64,000 bases of DNA from a virus (taxonomy: Duplodnaviria; Caudoviricetes): positions 3,368-67,367 of the IMG/VR virus record IMGVR_UViG_3300025723_000032. The stretch is one strand, 5' to 3'. Positions within the stretch are counted from its first letter, which is position 1. Every line of letters starts with the position of its first letter. The notes under the pieces were generated by a model. That model saw nothing but the letters and a program-made list of their open reading frames with translations, searched no databases and was not told where the DNA came from. A program made the translations under genes and the position numbers. Shown one piece after another: positions 36,280-47,664 of this stretch.

Positions 36280-38243
36280 TGCCAGATTTTAACTTTGTCG
36301 GAGCAAGTTACACCGCACCTAGCATTTACCAAGATGCTAGTGAGTGTATTAATTTTGTTCCAGAAGTTGATCCTACGCTACCCCAAGGTTCAAGGGGTGT
36401 TGTGGCGCTATACCCAACGCCAGGCTTAACCACGCAAGTCGTACTACCTGCTGGCGCAGAAGTTAGGGGTATGCGAACACTCTCAGGCGCTAGTCAAATG
36501 ATCGCAGTCTGTGGGGCTTATGTTTACCTTTTATCCAGCACTCTATCGCCTACTATTGTTGGCATCTTAAACAGCTCTACAGGGCGTGTAGGCATTTCTG
36601 ACAATGGCTTGTATGCTTATATTGTCGATGGGTCTTATCGCTACTCATGGCGTATTACGACCCCTACAACGGCTATATTTACAGGGGTTATTTCTGGCAC
36701 TACTTTGACTGTTTCTAATATCCAAAGTGGCACGATTTCTATTGGTCAGGTTTTGTTTGGTGTGGGGGTTTCACAAGAAACAATCATTACAGGCGGTTCT
36801 GGGACTTCTTGGACTGTTAACATTTCTCAAACAGTCAGTTCAACCTTGATGAACAGTTCTAATACCCAGAGTTTTACTGGAGTGATTACGACTGGATCAA
36901 CCAATGCTAATTTGGCCACAACTGCTACTTTGTATTTAGGGCAGACGATTCAAGGTACTGGCGTTCCTTTTGATACGATCATTACGGCCATCGTAACGCC
37001 CTCTGGTGGTAATAATAATTACACTTTGTCCAGCAATACTGCGGTCGGTTCTGAGACCATGTATGCGCTTAACTTTACAGTTATGCCCTCAACTGACGGG
37101 GCTTTTAGCGGTGCTAATTCGGTTGATATTATTGACAACTACTTTGTTTACAATAGGCCATCTAGTCAACAGTTTGGTTCATCAGACGCTTTAAGCCCAA
37201 TATCTCAGCAATTATCGTTTGGTTCTAAGGATGGATCACCCGATAATCTAGTGGCTTTGATTGTTGACCATCGTGAAGTTTATTTGATGGGTGAAGCCAG
37301 TTCAGAGGTTTGGGTCGATGCGGGATTGTTTCCGTTCCCGTTCCAAAGGATACCTGGCACATCTACCCAACAAGGTATTGTGGCTCAATTCAGCGTTTCT
37401 AGGCTAGGTGACAGTTTTGCTTACCTTTCTAGAAACAATCGAGGTCAAGGTCAGGTCATGCAAATGGTCGGCTATATACCTCAAAGAATCTCTACCCACG
37501 CTGTGGAGAACACACTAGCAAACCAGTACATTTCGGATGCGATAGCGTGGACATATCAGCTAGAAGGGCATGAAGTCTATGTATTATCGTTTCCTACTCT
37601 TAACATCACTTGGTGTTATGACGTTACCACTAAGCTATGGCACAAGTGGCTTTATTGCACCAACCAGAACGAATACCAGAGACACAGAGGAAACTGTTGC
37701 GCCGTATTCCAAGGTATGGTTCTTGTGGGTGATTACGCCAACGGAAAGATATATGAGTTGGACAAACTCAACTACACCGATGACGGCCAGAACATCAGAC
37801 GCTTAAGGCGTGCGCCTCACCTTGTGGCTGATTTCCAACGTCAGTATTTTGAGGAATTGCAGATACAGTTTCAGCCTGGCGTGGGTTTTACGGGTTTATC
37901 TAAAAATCAAAACATCTTTTTACAGACCCCTTATTACATTACACCAACTGGGGTTTTGATTATTCCAGCCAATCAGACAGTTGTTTTAGGCACTCAGGGG
38001 GCTATCAGCCAGTCTACTGAAACAACGCTACCACAAGCCATGTTGAGGTGGTCAGATGATGGTGGGAGTACCTGGAGTAATGAACATTGGACTACAATAG
38101 GGCAAACAGGAAAATATCAAAATCGCGCCATTTGGAGGCGTTTGGGACAGGCTAGGGACAGGGTATTTGAGGTCGTTGTGACTGATCCTGTGAATGCGGT
38201 GATTGTTTCTGCAAATCTTAAGGGTAGTGGGGGTGAGAATTGA
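36279..38243 (+). CDS. Tail hub/nozzle protein, gp10-like
   Basis: Homologue of 673-2634. Confidence 0.8.
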   Translation: MPDFNFVGASYTAPSIYQDASECINFVPEVDPTLPQGSRGVVALYPTPGLTTQVVLPAGAEVRGMRTLSGASQMIAVCGAYVYLLSSTLSPTIVGILNSSTGRVGISDNGLYAYIVDGSYRYSWRITTPTTAIFTGVISGTTLTVSNIQSGTISIGQVLFGVGVSQETIITGGSGTSWTVNISQTVSSTLMNSSNTQSFTGVITTGSTNANLATTATLYLGQTIQGTGVPFDTIITAIVTPSGGNNNYTLSSNTAVGSETMYALNFTVMPSTDGAFSGANSVDIIDNYFVYNRPSSQQFGSSDALSPISQQLSFGSKDGSPDNLVALIVDHREVYLMGEASSEVWVDAGLFPFPFQRIPGTSTQQGIVAQFSVSRLGDSFAYLSRNNRGQGQVMQMVGYIPQRISTHAVENTLANQYISDAIAWTYQLEGHEVYVLSFPTLNITWCYDVTTKLWHKWLYCTNQNEYQRHRGNCCAVFQGMVLVGDYANGKIYELDKLNYTDDGQNIRRLRRAPHLVADFQRQYFEELQIQFQPGVGFTGLSKNQNIFLQTPYYITPTGVLIIPANQTVVLGTQGAISQSTETTLPQAMLRWSDDGGSTWSNEHWTTIGQTGKYQNRAIWRRLGQARDRVFEVVVTDPVNAVIVSANLKGSGGEN

Positions 38244-38473
38244 GTATTCCAACAAATACAACACAGATTCAGCCTTATCCACAAGCGGAATTTTTGGATA
38301 AAACGACTAATCGGCCTACCAGGGCATGGCAACAGTTCTTTTTGAATTTGTTGAACTTCTCCTCGGCTACCACGGCAACGACTGGATCGGCAACGTTACC
38401 AGCCAACCCTGTGGGGTTTATCAACATAACTGTGAATGGGGCGCATTACAAAGTGCCATATTACAATGTATGA
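38240..38473 (+). CDS. Small virion protein (TTG start)
   Basis: Homologue of 2631-2864. Confidence 0.7.
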   Translation: MSIPTNTTQIQPYPQAEFLDKTTNRPTRAWQQFFLNLLNFSSATTATTGSATLPANPVGFINITVNGAHYKVPYYNV

Positions 38474-38482
38474 GGGGAAGTA

Positions 38483-40297
38483 ATGGATTTAACAACAGTC
38501 AATAATGCGGTTTCAGACGCACTAGCGGGGCTACCTGCGGGCACTAGCGACTTCATTAATGCCAACATTGGCACTCCTCAAGGTCAACAGGCTATTTTGC
38601 AAGCGGCTGCGTCTATTGGAATTACAGACCCAGCACAAATCGCAAGCATTGTCAGTTCAGCGACTGGCCAAAATATCACGCCCGCACAAGTGCAAGCCGT
38701 TGCTCAACCTGCTGCACCCAGAAAAATAGCAACACAACCACAGGCTGCACCAGCTCCAAGCGGTACATCACTTTCTAACATTGCTACACCTCAGTTTGTT
38801 TCTTCACCCGCATCAGGCGCGGTAGGAACAAGTTACGGCCAAGCAGCACCTACACAGATCAGCACAGCACAACAAGCCAATCCTGAACTTTCCTCGGCTT
38901 TGTTAAACGGCACGGCAGCGGTTAATTACGATGCTGACACAGGCACTTATAACCTGATCAACACCCAAACTGGATCACCCATAGCGGGGAATTATCAAGT
39001 CCAAGTCGGCACTAATGGCGTTGGTATCAATATTCCTAGTGGCAATGGGATGATTCAAGTTGCTGTCCAACCTAACGGAAACGGCACAATTCCTCCCGTC
39101 ACAGCATCAAACGTATTAAATGTTGGTACAAACGCAGGAGCAGGTGGATTTGCGGGCGGTATCAATACTTTGGCTAACGCAGCTGCGCCTGGCATTGCTA
39201 TGGTTGCTGGGGCTAATTTACTTGGTGCTTTGGGCGCACCAGCAGGTACAGACTTACTAGGTCAATCCGTAGGAGCTGGAGCTGTTGGTAGTGGGACATT
39301 AGATACTGCAATTCCATCTTTAGCGGCAGGTGGTGGTACTTTGGCGAATCTAGCACCTGGCGCACCATCGGCCTTGGCAGCGGGCACAACCGCAGCAGGA
39401 ACAGATTTATTAGGCCAATCAGTTGGCGCTGGTGCGATTGGTTCTGGATTAGCAGATACGGCAGTTGCACCATTAGCAGCGGGCACGGCAGCAGGAACTT
39501 TGGCAAGCACCGCAGCACCTGCAGCAGCAGGAACGGCAGCAGGAACGGCAGCGGGCACGGCCGCAGGTACAGCAGCAGGAACAGGTGCGGCTACAGGCGC
39601 AGCAACTGGAGCAGCTGCCACAAACGCTTTAGGATTAACTCCAGTTCAAACTGCTTTGGCTGGAAGCGCATTGGCTTCCACACTTGGGTCAATGAATACG
39701 AGTAATGCAATTTCTAACGCTGCTAACACACAAGCAGGAGCTGCAACAAACGCACAAAATGTCTTAGGTAATTTTTATAGTCAATATGCTGCTGCTCAAC
39801 AGCCATTCCAAAACCTTGGAACACCCGCAGCGCAGGATATTACTAATAATCTACCTTATTTCCAGAATCAGTTTAATAACCAAGACTTAAACGCTCAATT
39901 AGCACCGAATTATCAATTCCAACTACAACAAGGATTAGGCCAAGCACAAAACGCTGCCAATGTAGGCGGTGGATTGTTGTCTGGTAATACTTTACAAGGT
40001 TTGAATACTTACGCACAGAATTACGCCCAAGGCGCATACCAAAATGCGTTTACTAATTACCAAAATCAGCGCAATAACATCTATAACAATCTATCAGGTG
40101 TAGCTGGAATTGGTCAAAACGCATTAGGACAAATTGGTCAAGTTGGGGCTGGATTGGCCAACACTTATGGAAACATTACAACTGGTTTGGCTGCTTCTCA
40201 GGCTGGAGCACAAACAGCACAAGCAGTTAATCAAAGTAATTTATTAAGCAATTTGGCCAATACTGCCGTTGTTGGTTCATTAATCAAACCCGCATAA
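38483..40297 (+). CDS. DNA ejection protein, gp7-like
   Basis: Homologue of 2876-5062 with a different central low-complexity region. Confidence 0.65.
   Translation: MDLTTVNNAVSDALAGLPAGTSDFINANIGTPQGQQAILQAAASIGITDPAQIASIVSSATGQNITPAQVQAVAQPAAPRKIATQPQAAPAPSGTSLSNIATPQFVSSPASGAVGTSYGQAAPTQISTAQQANPELSSALLNGTAAVNYDADTGTYNLINTQTGSPIAGNYQVQVGTNGVGINIPSGNGMIQVAVQPNGNGTIPPVTASNVLNVGTNAGAGGFAGGINTLANAAAPGIAMVAGANLLGALGAPAGTDLLGQSVGAGAVGSGTLDTAIPSLAAGGGTLANLAPGAPSALAAGTTAAGTDLLGQSVGAGAIGSGLADTAVAPLAAGTAAGTLASTAAPAAAGTAAGTAAGTAAGTAAGTGAATGAATGAAATNALGLTPVQTALAGSALASTLGSMNTSNAISNAANTQAGAATNAQNVLGNFYSQYAAAQQPFQNLGTPAAQDITNNLPYFQNQFNNQDLNAQLAPNYQFQLQQGLGQAQNAANVGGGLLSGNTLQGLNTYAQNYAQGAYQNAFTNYQNQRNNIYNNLSGVAGIGQNALGQIGQVGAGLANTYGNITTGLAASQAGAQTAQAVNQSNLLSNLANTAVVGSLIKPA
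39232..39620 (+). repeat. Intragenic duplicated motif and GTAA tandem repeats
   Basis: AGTDLLGQSVGAGA(V/I)GSG occurs twice; repeated GCAGGAACGGCA-type units. Confidence 0.7.
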
Positions 40298-40306
40298 GGA
40301 TAGATC

Positions 40307-41836
40307 ATGCCCGTATTTACAGATTATCCAACGTTTAAAGGCACTAGCCTAAACGATTTGCTTGGTTCGGTATCGAATGTCCAGCAGTTCCAACAGCAAC
40401 AACAGTTGAATCCAATTCAACTTGAAGCTGCAAAATTACAACTACAACAAGCTCAACAGATGAACCCATTGGCTTTGCAAAAAGCACAAATGGAAATTGA
40501 ACAAGCAAAACAAACCAATCCTTTGGATGTCTTGACTAAACAACTTGCAGTCAAAAAAGCACAAGGTACGTTAGAACCTGAAATTGCAGTAGCACAAGAA
40601 TTAGCAAATCAAGCAAAAATTACAACCAAAAAAGAACAGTTTGCTTTTGACAAAGACTATAACCAACAAATCAATCAGATTATTGGCGGTTATAAAAACG
40701 ATCCAAGACTTAAAAGTAACGATCCAAAAGAAGTTTTTGGTGTTATTAAGGATGCAGAAGATCAAGTAAAACAGTTAACTAAAAGCGATCCTGAGGGTGA
40801 AATCAAAACTGAGATGCGTTTTGCACCTATTAAAAATTTGGTTACATCAGGAAAACATGACAAAGTTGACCAAGTATTTTCCAACTTGATTCAAACTGGC
40901 ATTAGCCCAACATCACAACAAACATTGCAAACACCACAACTTGCAACAGTTGGAGGTGCTCCTGCTACGTTTACTCCAGCAACTGGTGGCGCTACTCCTT
41001 TAAATATCAACCAACCTCAAGGTGGACCTCAAGGTATGGCACAAGGTGGATCACAAGGTGGACCTTTACCTCAAGGTTTTGGTATGCCACAAGGTATGCC
41101 TGGTATGCCCCAAGGCGTAACACCCACACAAATGTCGTTGCCATATTCCAAGCGTACTGCTGGCGATATTAGACCCTATGCGCCCAATGAAAAAACAGAT
41201 GAGGAAAACGGCGCTAAATACCGCAACAGTTTGACAACCAGACAAACAGATTTGGCAACATCTAGACGCAATTTAGATGAAGTGATTGCCCAAGCTGACA
41301 AAATAGCAAAAGAATCCACTAAGATTTTTGGGTTAGATACTGCCACAGGCGCGTTGGGCGGATTGTCTAGAACATACGCAAATATTGTTGGTGATCCTAA
41401 ATATAAGCAATTGAGCAAAGATTTGGCCAACGTACAGATTGCTAATATCCAAGCCCAAGGCGGTTCTATGGATACTGTGGCTGGCCAACAATTGCAAAAG
41501 ATGGCCAATGGTGACGAGACATATCCTCCAGATGTGTTGAAAAACATTGCCAGAAGAACTTACGCTGATGTCCAGAATTTGGATATGCAGGCCACAGCAG
41601 CGTCTAAATTTGCTCAGAAGTATGGTGACAACAACCTGAACGCGTTTAAGCGCCTATGGTCTTCTAATGCCGATTCAAAGGTGTTTGAAGCTATAACCAT
41701 TTTTGAAAATGTTAAAGACAAAGCCGAACGCAATAAAGCCATCAATGAACTATTTGGCTCTAATCCACAGGCTAGACAACAATATTTCCAAAAGTACAAT
41801 AACATTAAAAAATTGACTGAAACTGGGGAACTTTGA
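40307..41836 (+). CDS. DNA ejection protein (gp20-like position)
   Basis: Positional equivalent of 5073-6674, largely diverged. Confidence 0.55.
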   Translation: MPVFTDYPTFKGTSLNDLLGSVSNVQQFQQQQQLNPIQLEAAKLQLQQAQQMNPLALQKAQMEIEQAKQTNPLDVLTKQLAVKKAQGTLEPEIAVAQELANQAKITTKKEQFAFDKDYNQQINQIIGGYKNDPRLKSNDPKEVFGVIKDAEDQVKQLTKSDPEGEIKTEMRFAPIKNLVTSGKHDKVDQVFSNLIQTGISPTSQQTLQTPQLATVGGAPATFTPATGGATPLNINQPQGGPQGMAQGGSQGGPLPQGFGMPQGMPGMPQGVTPTQMSLPYSKRTAGDIRPYAPNEKTDEENGAKYRNSLTTRQTDLATSRRNLDEVIAQADKIAKESTKIFGLDTATGALGGLSRTYANIVGDPKYKQLSKDLANVQIANIQAQGGSMDTVAGQQLQKMANGDETYPPDVLKNIARRTYADVQNLDMQATAASKFAQKYGDNNLNAFKRLWSSNADSKVFEAITIFENVKDKAERNKAINELFGSNPQARQQYFQKYNNIKKLTETGEL

Positions 41837-43731
41837 TGGATGAATTAGGCGAATTGATCCTCGGTGAAAAGCCCAAGGTTGCACAACCTAATCTTGTCGC
41901 ACCTAAAAAAAGCCCCATGAGTGGCTTGAATCCACAATTACAACCTAAAGAAGAACAACCTGACGAACTAGGTCAATTGATTTTAGGCGGTGGTGAAACA
42001 ACTCCAGAATCCGTCAAAAAGTTATCACTTGCTGAAAAACTAGGTCAATCCCAAATGGCTGGCGTTCAAGGCGCTGGTGAAGCAGGTAGAAGTTTTATCC
42101 AAGGATTAGTAGCAGCACCAGTAAGCGCTTTGGCAGGTATTGGCGGTACGTTAGCAAGTGGTCAATATGGTACTCAGGCAGGTATCCAAGCGGGCGAAAA
42201 GACTGCCCAAAGGGTACAACAGGCTTTGGGTTATCAACCTCCATCACAGGCAGGTCAAGACATATTACAAAGTTTACAGAGCAAATTTGAGGCTAGTAAA
42301 TTACCGCCTGTAATGCCTGAAGTGCAAGGTTTTGTCCCACAACGACCACAAGCGCCTACGTTGCCCAAAATTAGAATTGAACCAGTCGCTCCAAAGCCTG
42401 GCATGGTTTCTATGGGTGCAGCGTCAACCACAAACAAAGCATTGTTGGACCAGGCTATTGCACAAGCCACACCAGAAGTGGCTGCACAATTAAAACAAAT
42501 TAATCCAGCGGATTTAAATGTAAAAGCATTAGAAGCAATTATTGAAGCTGATTCACTAGAAGTACCAATCAAATACACTTTAGGACAAGCTACTGGTGAT
42601 CCTAATATCATTTCAAATGAACGTAATAACAGGGCTACACAACAGCAATATATAGAACGTTTTAATGAGCAAAACAAAGCATTACAAGAAAATGTAAGTC
42701 GAGTAAAAGAAAAGGCTGCTCCTGACGTTTTTGCACCTAATTACGTTGCTAATGCAGAAGGAGCTATTGATTTTGTAAACAACAAGATCAAGCAAAACCA
42801 AGAATCTACAAGCCAAGCCTATAAAGCATTGGATGAATTTGGCGCGGGTAAGATAAAAGTTGATAGCGCAACATTTGCTAAAAACGCAATGGATGCTTTA
42901 ACCGCTAAAGAAGATATAGATTTTTTACCGCCTGTCATTAAGTCAAAGATTGATGCTTATACGTCTGGTAAAGAAATGAACTTTGACCAGTATGAGAATC
43001 TACGCACTCAGATCGCTAGAGAAACACGCAAAGCACAACGCGCTGACGATGGAAATGCCGTTCACGCTTTGACCTTGGTGCGTGGTGAACTAGAAAAGTT
43101 ACCTTTAATTGGTGAAACAGAGGAAGCCAAAGCATTGGCTGACAAAGCCAGAGCAACGGCCAAAGCTGAGTTTGACTTGGTCAACAAAGACAGTCCAAGT
43201 TATAACAAGATTTATGCTGATATTGTTAACGGAAAATCAGATACCAAAGACTTTATTCAAAGCAATATTTTGAGGTCAAAGAATACTGATTTTGCTAAAA
43301 CGATGGAGTTATTTAAAGATGATCCAGAAGCTACTCAGCATTTAAGGGCTGGTGCGTTGGATGTAATCATTAAAGATTCCACAGACGCAAGTGGAAACTT
43401 TAAGCCCGCCAAATTCAGACAAGCCATTGAAAATCTAGACGTTAATGGTAAATTGTTGCCTTTGTTTGGTGACCAGGCACAAACTTTACAAAAGATTGCA
43501 CGAACTGGCCAAAGAATTGAAGCCAGACCCACAGGTGCGTTTGTCAACGAATCCAATACTGCGGTTGATTTGGCCAAACAATATGCCAATCGTATGGCCA
43601 CGCAAGTGCCGATTGTGGGCAGATTTGTTGAACCAGCGCAACAATTGATCCAAGAGCGTGCGGTCAAAAAACAAGTTCAACAATCCTTAAAGCCCGCTGC
43701 TGGGGCAAAACTATCAGACTTAGGAAAATAA
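41833..43731 (+). CDS. DNA ejection protein (gp16-like position)
   Basis: Positional and partial homologue of 6671-9070. Confidence 0.55.
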   Translation: MMDELGELILGEKPKVAQPNLVAPKKSPMSGLNPQLQPKEEQPDELGQLILGGGETTPESVKKLSLAEKLGQSQMAGVQGAGEAGRSFIQGLVAAPVSALAGIGGTLASGQYGTQAGIQAGEKTAQRVQQALGYQPPSQAGQDILQSLQSKFEASKLPPVMPEVQGFVPQRPQAPTLPKIRIEPVAPKPGMVSMGAASTTNKALLDQAIAQATPEVAAQLKQINPADLNVKALEAIIEADSLEVPIKYTLGQATGDPNIISNERNNRATQQQYIERFNEQNKALQENVSRVKEKAAPDVFAPNYVANAEGAIDFVNNKIKQNQESTSQAYKALDEFGAGKIKVDSATFAKNAMDALTAKEDIDFLPPVIKSKIDAYTSGKEMNFDQYENLRTQIARETRKAQRADDGNAVHALTLVRGELEKLPLIGETEEAKALADKARATAKAEFDLVNKDSPSYNKIYADIVNGKSDTKDFIQSNILRSKNTDFAKTMELFKDDPEATQHLRAGALDVIIKDSTDASGNFKPAKFRQAIENLDVNGKLLPLFGDQAQTLQKIARTGQRIEARPTGAFVNESNTAVDLAKQYANRMATQVPIVGRFVEPAQQLIQERAVKKQVQQSLKPAAGAKLSDLGK

Positions 43732-43732
43732 C

Positions 43733-44284
43733 ATGAGCGTTAACCTTTCACCCGTAGGAAATGGCTTCCAGTTCCTATCCTCCACAACCCCCAACATACC
43801 ATTGGCGGGCGGGTTTATCTACACCTATCAAGCTGGGTCTAGCACACCGCTAAACACCTACACAGACAACACGGGTAACACAGCGAACACCAATCCTATT
43901 ATCTTGGGGACTGACGGCAGACCGCCCAATGAGATTTGGTTAACCAGCGGTTATTCTTATAAATTTGTTCTTACAGATGCCAATAACACAACAATTCAAA
44001 CTTTAGACAATCTGTATGGAATTATTGGAACAAGTCCTAGCGTTAGCGCTGTACCTAGTGGCGGCATTATTATGTGGTCTGGCTCTATTGGCTCTATACC
44101 TACTGGTTATGTGCTCTGTAACGGCTCTAATGGCACTCCTGATCTGCGGGACAGGTTTGTTGTTGGCGCTGGCAATTCCTATTCTGTCGGTAACAATGGC
44201 GGGTTTGCTAGTAGCGGAGTTGTGACCAGCTCTGGCACTAATAATCCTTTGTATTACGCACTAGCATTTATCCAAAAAACATGA
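43733..44284 (+). CDS. Short tail fibre / tail-collar domain protein
   Basis: Homologue of 9067-9618. Confidence 0.75.
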   Translation: MSVNLSPVGNGFQFLSSTTPNIPLAGGFIYTYQAGSSTPLNTYTDNTGNTANTNPIILGTDGRPPNEIWLTSGYSYKFVLTDANNTTIQTLDNLYGIIGTSPSVSAVPSGGIIMWSGSIGSIPTGYVLCNGSNGTPDLRDRFVVGAGNSYSVGNNGGFASSGVVTSSGTNNPLYYALAFIQKT

Positions 44285-44475
44285 GCAATACTGAACAAGA
44301 CTTGGCCGTTCATGTTGCGGTCTGTGACGAACGTTATAGACGCATAGAACAATGCTTGCGAGATGGCGAACGGCGCATGACCAAGATTGAATACTTGATT
44401 TATGGAGTAATGCTATTGGTCTTACTTGGCCCTGGCGTTGCTGGGGCGTTCTTCCACAAGTTTTTTGGGTTGTAA
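44281..44475 (+). CDS. Small membrane protein
   Basis: Homologue of 9615-9809. Confidence 0.65.
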   Translation: MSNTEQDLAVHVAVCDERYRRIEQCLRDGERRMTKIEYLIYGVMLLVLLGPGVAGAFFHKFFGL

Positions 44476-44478
44476 AAA

Positions 44479-45198
44479 ATTGACCCCTTTACTCTTGTCG
44501 CTCTGGCAACTTCGGCGTTTAAATTGGTCAAAGAGTCCTGCGAGATGTACAAGGAGGGTCGGCAATTCGTTGTCGATACAAAAAAAGAGATTGATGGGGT
44601 CATTAAGGATGTCAAGTCAATCCAAACAGATGCAAAGGGTATATTTGGTTTTTTCAGGAAATTATTTCGTAGCGAAAAAGCCGAGGAAATCAAGGTTGGG
44701 ACAAATCCTGTTAAGCCTAAACAAAAAAAGAGGGTTGAATTTGATGAAAACCAAATCTACGCGCAAGTTGCAGACGCTTTGACCAAGTTCTTTCATGCTT
44801 ACAACGGCTTAAAAAATTACGCCAAGGAACAAGAAGAAATTGCTTTGACAGCATCAGGCGAGGAAGGACAGGACATTGCAATCAAGTTGGTGATTGCCAA
44901 CTTACAGATGGAAAAGTTGAATGAGGAAATGCGCGAGTACATGGTGTACCACGTTCCAGAAGAAATGAAGGATTTGTACAGCCGTGTAAACAAGATGGTT
45001 GGCCACATTGCTAATCAACAGGCTTTGGCTAGGAAAGCTGAACTAGACAAAAAGAGAAAGATAGCATGGCAAAAACGTCAACGGGCAGAGGAAATTCAGG
45101 ACAAAATTCTAGCGGTGGTAATTACGGGTCTGATGATCGGGTGGTGCTGGATAATGATGATGATCGTTCGTTCTTCGTCATTGTTGTCGTGGCATTGA
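44479..45198 (+). CDS. Conserved coiled-coil/TM protein; probable ATT start
   Basis: IDPFTLVALATSAFKLVKE in frame from ATT 44479. Confidence 0.65.
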   Translation: MDPFTLVALATSAFKLVKESCEMYKEGRQFVVDTKKEIDGVIKDVKSIQTDAKGIFGFFRKLFRSEKAEEIKVGTNPVKPKQKKRVEFDENQIYAQVADALTKFFHAYNGLKNYAKEQEEIALTASGEEGQDIAIKLVIANLQMEKLNEEMREYMVYHVPEEMKDLYSRVNKMVGHIANQQALARKAELDKKRKIAWQKRQRAEEIQDKILAVVITGLMIGWCWIMMMIVRSSSLLSWH

Positions 45199-45305
45199 TG
45201 GCGGTTATTTTGTTGTTTATTCCGATCCTTTCTTGGATGTACATTGACATCAAAATGATGGAAATCAGAGTTAACAAGGCTTTAGCAAAGATTGAAGGCA
45301 AATGA
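45066..45305 (+). CDS. Small membrane protein
   Basis: Homologue of 10399-10635. Confidence 0.6.
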   Translation: MAKTSTGRGNSGQNSSGGNYGSDDRVVLDNDDDRSFFVIVVVALMAVILLFIPILSWMYIDIKMMEIRVNKALAKIEGK

Positions 45306-45487
45306 AATATCTGTTGTTATTATTGTTGTTGACGGGTTGTGACGATAGATATCGTTATATATGCCAAGACCCAGACCACTTCAATGACAAAGATTGCGTT
45401 CACCCAAAGTGCGAATTCAGTCAGACTTGCCCAGAATACCTGGTTGCGCCTGTTTTGGAGAAAAAGGTTGAACAAGTTAACAAGTGA
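45302..45487 (+). CDS. Small Cys-rich lipoprotein
   Basis: Lipobox LLLTGC; homologue of 10632. Confidence 0.75.
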   Translation: MKYLLLLLLLTGCDDRYRYICQDPDHFNDKDCVHPKCEFSQTCPEYLVAPVLEKKVEQVNK

Positions 45488-45953
45488 CGAAATTGAGGTT
45501 AGGGTGTGGGCCATCGTGGTGTTGGCCATCACCGCCATTCTATTTTTCATTGTTGTCGCACTTTTGTACTCGGTCACTTTTGTTGTCCAGCCCATCAAGG
45601 CTATGGCCCCCATTGACCAGGCTTACACCAAGATGCTCAACGACATTGTTTTGCTCATCGTGGGTGCAATTGGTGGAGTGGCGGGTAAAAAGGTAGCGGG
45701 CGGTGTAGCAGGCACGTTAGGGGCTATAAAACAGGCCACAAGCCCACAAATGCCCATGATGGGGGGTTGCTATGGAATGCCTCAAGCAATGCCCCAAAGC
45801 GGCCAAGCATTCGGCGCTATGCCAACGTTTAACAATCCTAAGTTTGACGAGTCATGGACACCGCCTCCTCCTCCGACTGGACCGCCTGTTTTGGAGGATG
45901 AGGAAGAACGCGAAAGAATGGCTCACGCACGAGATAGCACTAAAAATGTTTGA
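45468..45953 (+). CDS. Two-TM membrane protein (holin candidate), TTG start
   Basis: Homologue of 10798-11283. Confidence 0.6.
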   Translation: MNKLTSDEIEVRVWAIVVLAITAILFFIVVALLYSVTFVVQPIKAMAPIDQAYTKMLNDIVLLIVGAIGGVAGKKVAGGVAGTLGAIKQATSPQMPMMGGCYGMPQAMPQSGQAFGAMPTFNNPKFDESWTPPPPPTGPPVLEDEEERERMAHARDSTKNV

Positions 45954-46515
45954 TTTTTTTGCACATTTTTTGCATTATTTGGCTTTATTTGCGCTAATTC
46001 TAGGATTTGGAGCGTATGTAATTAGCTATTTAGTGGGTTTCTTGCCCATGTTAAAACCCCACGCTTTGGTTATCCAAGTGGTGGGAATTGTGTTGATTGT
46101 TTTAGGAGGTTACTATGTCGCAGATCATCACGGCTATGAAAGACGCGTTGCAGAAGATAAAGCAGAAATTGACCGACTTAATGGAGAAGCTCGGGCAAAA
46201 GAAGCAGAGTTGACAGCCAAGATTGACAAAGCCAATGGTGCTTTAAGAAAGGCAAAAAATGACATTCAAGCCAAAGTGGTTAGTCTTAATGCTCGCGTTG
46301 ATTCTGGCGAACTGCGCCTCCCCTCCAATTGTCCCGTACAAGCCGATTCAAGTCCCGCCGATGGAAATCGAACCGATGCAAGCGAATCTGAGCGACAGAC
46401 TGTTAAAGCTCTTATCCAGATCGCAGCAGACGGAGACACCGCCGTCACCAACCTCAACGCCTGTATCGCCCAATACCAGCAAGTGATGAAGACTGTAAAC
46501 GAGGGTGTCAAATGA
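45946..46515 (+). CDS. Rz: Inner-membrane spanin
   Basis: Homologue of 11276-11845. Confidence 0.8.
   Translation: MFDFFAHFLHYLALFALILGFGAYVISYLVGFLPMLKPHALVIQVVGIVLIVLGGYYVADHHGYERRVAEDKAEIDRLNGEARAKEAELTAKIDKANGALRKAKNDIQAKVVSLNARVDSGELRLPSNCPVQADSSPADGNRTDASESERQTVKALIQIAADGDTAVTNLNACIAQYQQVMKTVNEGVK
46259..46486 (+). CDS. Rz1: Nested outer-membrane spanin lipoprotein
   Basis: LILANC lipobox, Pro-rich, inside Rz. Confidence 0.8.
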   Translation: MTFKPKWLVLMLALILANCASPPIVPYKPIQVPPMEIEPMQANLSDRLLKLLSRSQQTETPPSPTSTPVSPNTSK

Positions 46516-47108
46516 TCAGCGCTGAAAAACTACACGCTTTGGGGATTGGGGTTGAGTGGCAAGAACCGCTGACCACTACGTTTACCGCGTTCAGTATCAA
46601 TGACAACAAACAACAGGCGGCTTTTATCGGCCAATGTGCACATGAATCGAATCACTTTAAGGCGTTACAAGAGAATCTTAATTATCGCCCTGAAACGCTT
46701 TCTAAGCTGTTTGGTAGACATTTTAAAGATGCCGAGGAAATACAGAAATACGCGCATCATCCAGAAATGATTGCCAACAGGATTTATCAAAAGCGGATGG
46801 GCAACCGAGACGAATCTAGCGGTGACGGCTGGCGGTTTCACGGGCGTGGTCTGATTCAGTTGACTGGGCACGATAATTATTGGCATTGTGGCCAGATAGT
46901 CCAGAAGGACTTGGTCAAAGAACCTGACTTGGTGGCCACACCAATGTACGCTGCACTATCAGCTGGTTGGTTTTGGTCAACACATGGTTGCAATGCGTTT
47001 GCTGAAAAAGAAGATTGGGTCGGTTTGACCAAGCGGATCAACGGGGGCACAATTGGGCTAGATGATCGAATTTCATTAACTAAACACGCCTTGAGCGTAT
47101 TGGGGTAA
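46512..47108 (+). CDS. Endolysin, GH19 family
   Basis: FIGQCAHES...QENLNY and FHGRGLIQLTGHDNY motifs. Confidence 0.9.
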   Translation: MISAEKLHALGIGVEWQEPLTTTFTAFSINDNKQQAAFIGQCAHESNHFKALQENLNYRPETLSKLFGRHFKDAEEIQKYAHHPEMIANRIYQKRMGNRDESSGDGWRFHGRGLIQLTGHDNYWHCGQIVQKDLVKEPDLVATPMYAALSAGWFWSTHGCNAFAEKEDWVGLTKRINGGTIGLDDRISLTKHALSVLG

Positions 47109-47110
47109 AG

Positions 47111-47335
47111 ATGGCTACTAATTTCAAAATCACTCGCGGTGAATCAAAAAAAGACAATGATTCGCATTATGTTGTCAAAAAAGAATGGCAAAAAGAACGT
47201 GAACACGTTATGCGAATTGAGAAAGAACTCAAAAAGCATGAGAAGACAGATATGTCTCACGCACACCCAACGCATTCGCATGACGCTGGAATGAAGCAAC
47301 CCAGCGCACCTTTGCCCAATATGCGTAAGGGCTAA
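47111..47335 (+). CDS. Conserved hypothetical His/Lys-rich protein
   Basis: Homologue of 12437. Confidence 0.7.
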   Translation: MATNFKITRGESKKDNDSHYVVKKEWQKEREHVMRIEKELKKHEKTDMSHAHPTHSHDAGMKQPSAPLPNMRKG

Positions 47336-47664
47336 CGATTTAGATATAAATCGGTCAACGGCACGCCCTTTGGCCATTGGTTGGTGATTTGTAGATAGTG
47401 AACAGTCTGAATGTGCGCCAAGTACCAGGCGTGCATTCTTTCCGCTTTGGTCATTAGATGGCCAGAATCTATTTCTGTGTGACAGGACTGACAAAGCGCC
47501 GCGATATAATTATCTGACGCTTTAATGCCCCTACCTTTACCGCCATGCCAATTAGAGTGTGCGGCCTGAGCGAGATGGAAACCACACCTCTGACAATTCA
47601 TGGCTGCCACGGCTTTTAGTAAAGTCTTGGATCGTATGTACTGTGTCTTTGGAAATGACCTCAC
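47332..47664 (-). CDS. DUF968-like HNH-type Zn-binding protein (GTG start inferred)
   Basis: Homologue of 12658-12990. Confidence 0.65.
   Translation of the reverse strand: MRSFPKTQYIRSKTLLKAVAAMNCQRCGFHLAQAAHSNWHGGKGRGIKASDNYIAALCQSCHTEIDSGHLMTKAERMHAWYLAHIQTVHYLQITNQWPKGVPLTDLYLNR

Noticed and set aside
39232-39620. Duplicated motif as a diversity-generating retroelement TR/VR pair
   Set aside because: No reverse transcriptase in the window, both copies lie in one frame, and differences are not adenine-specific.
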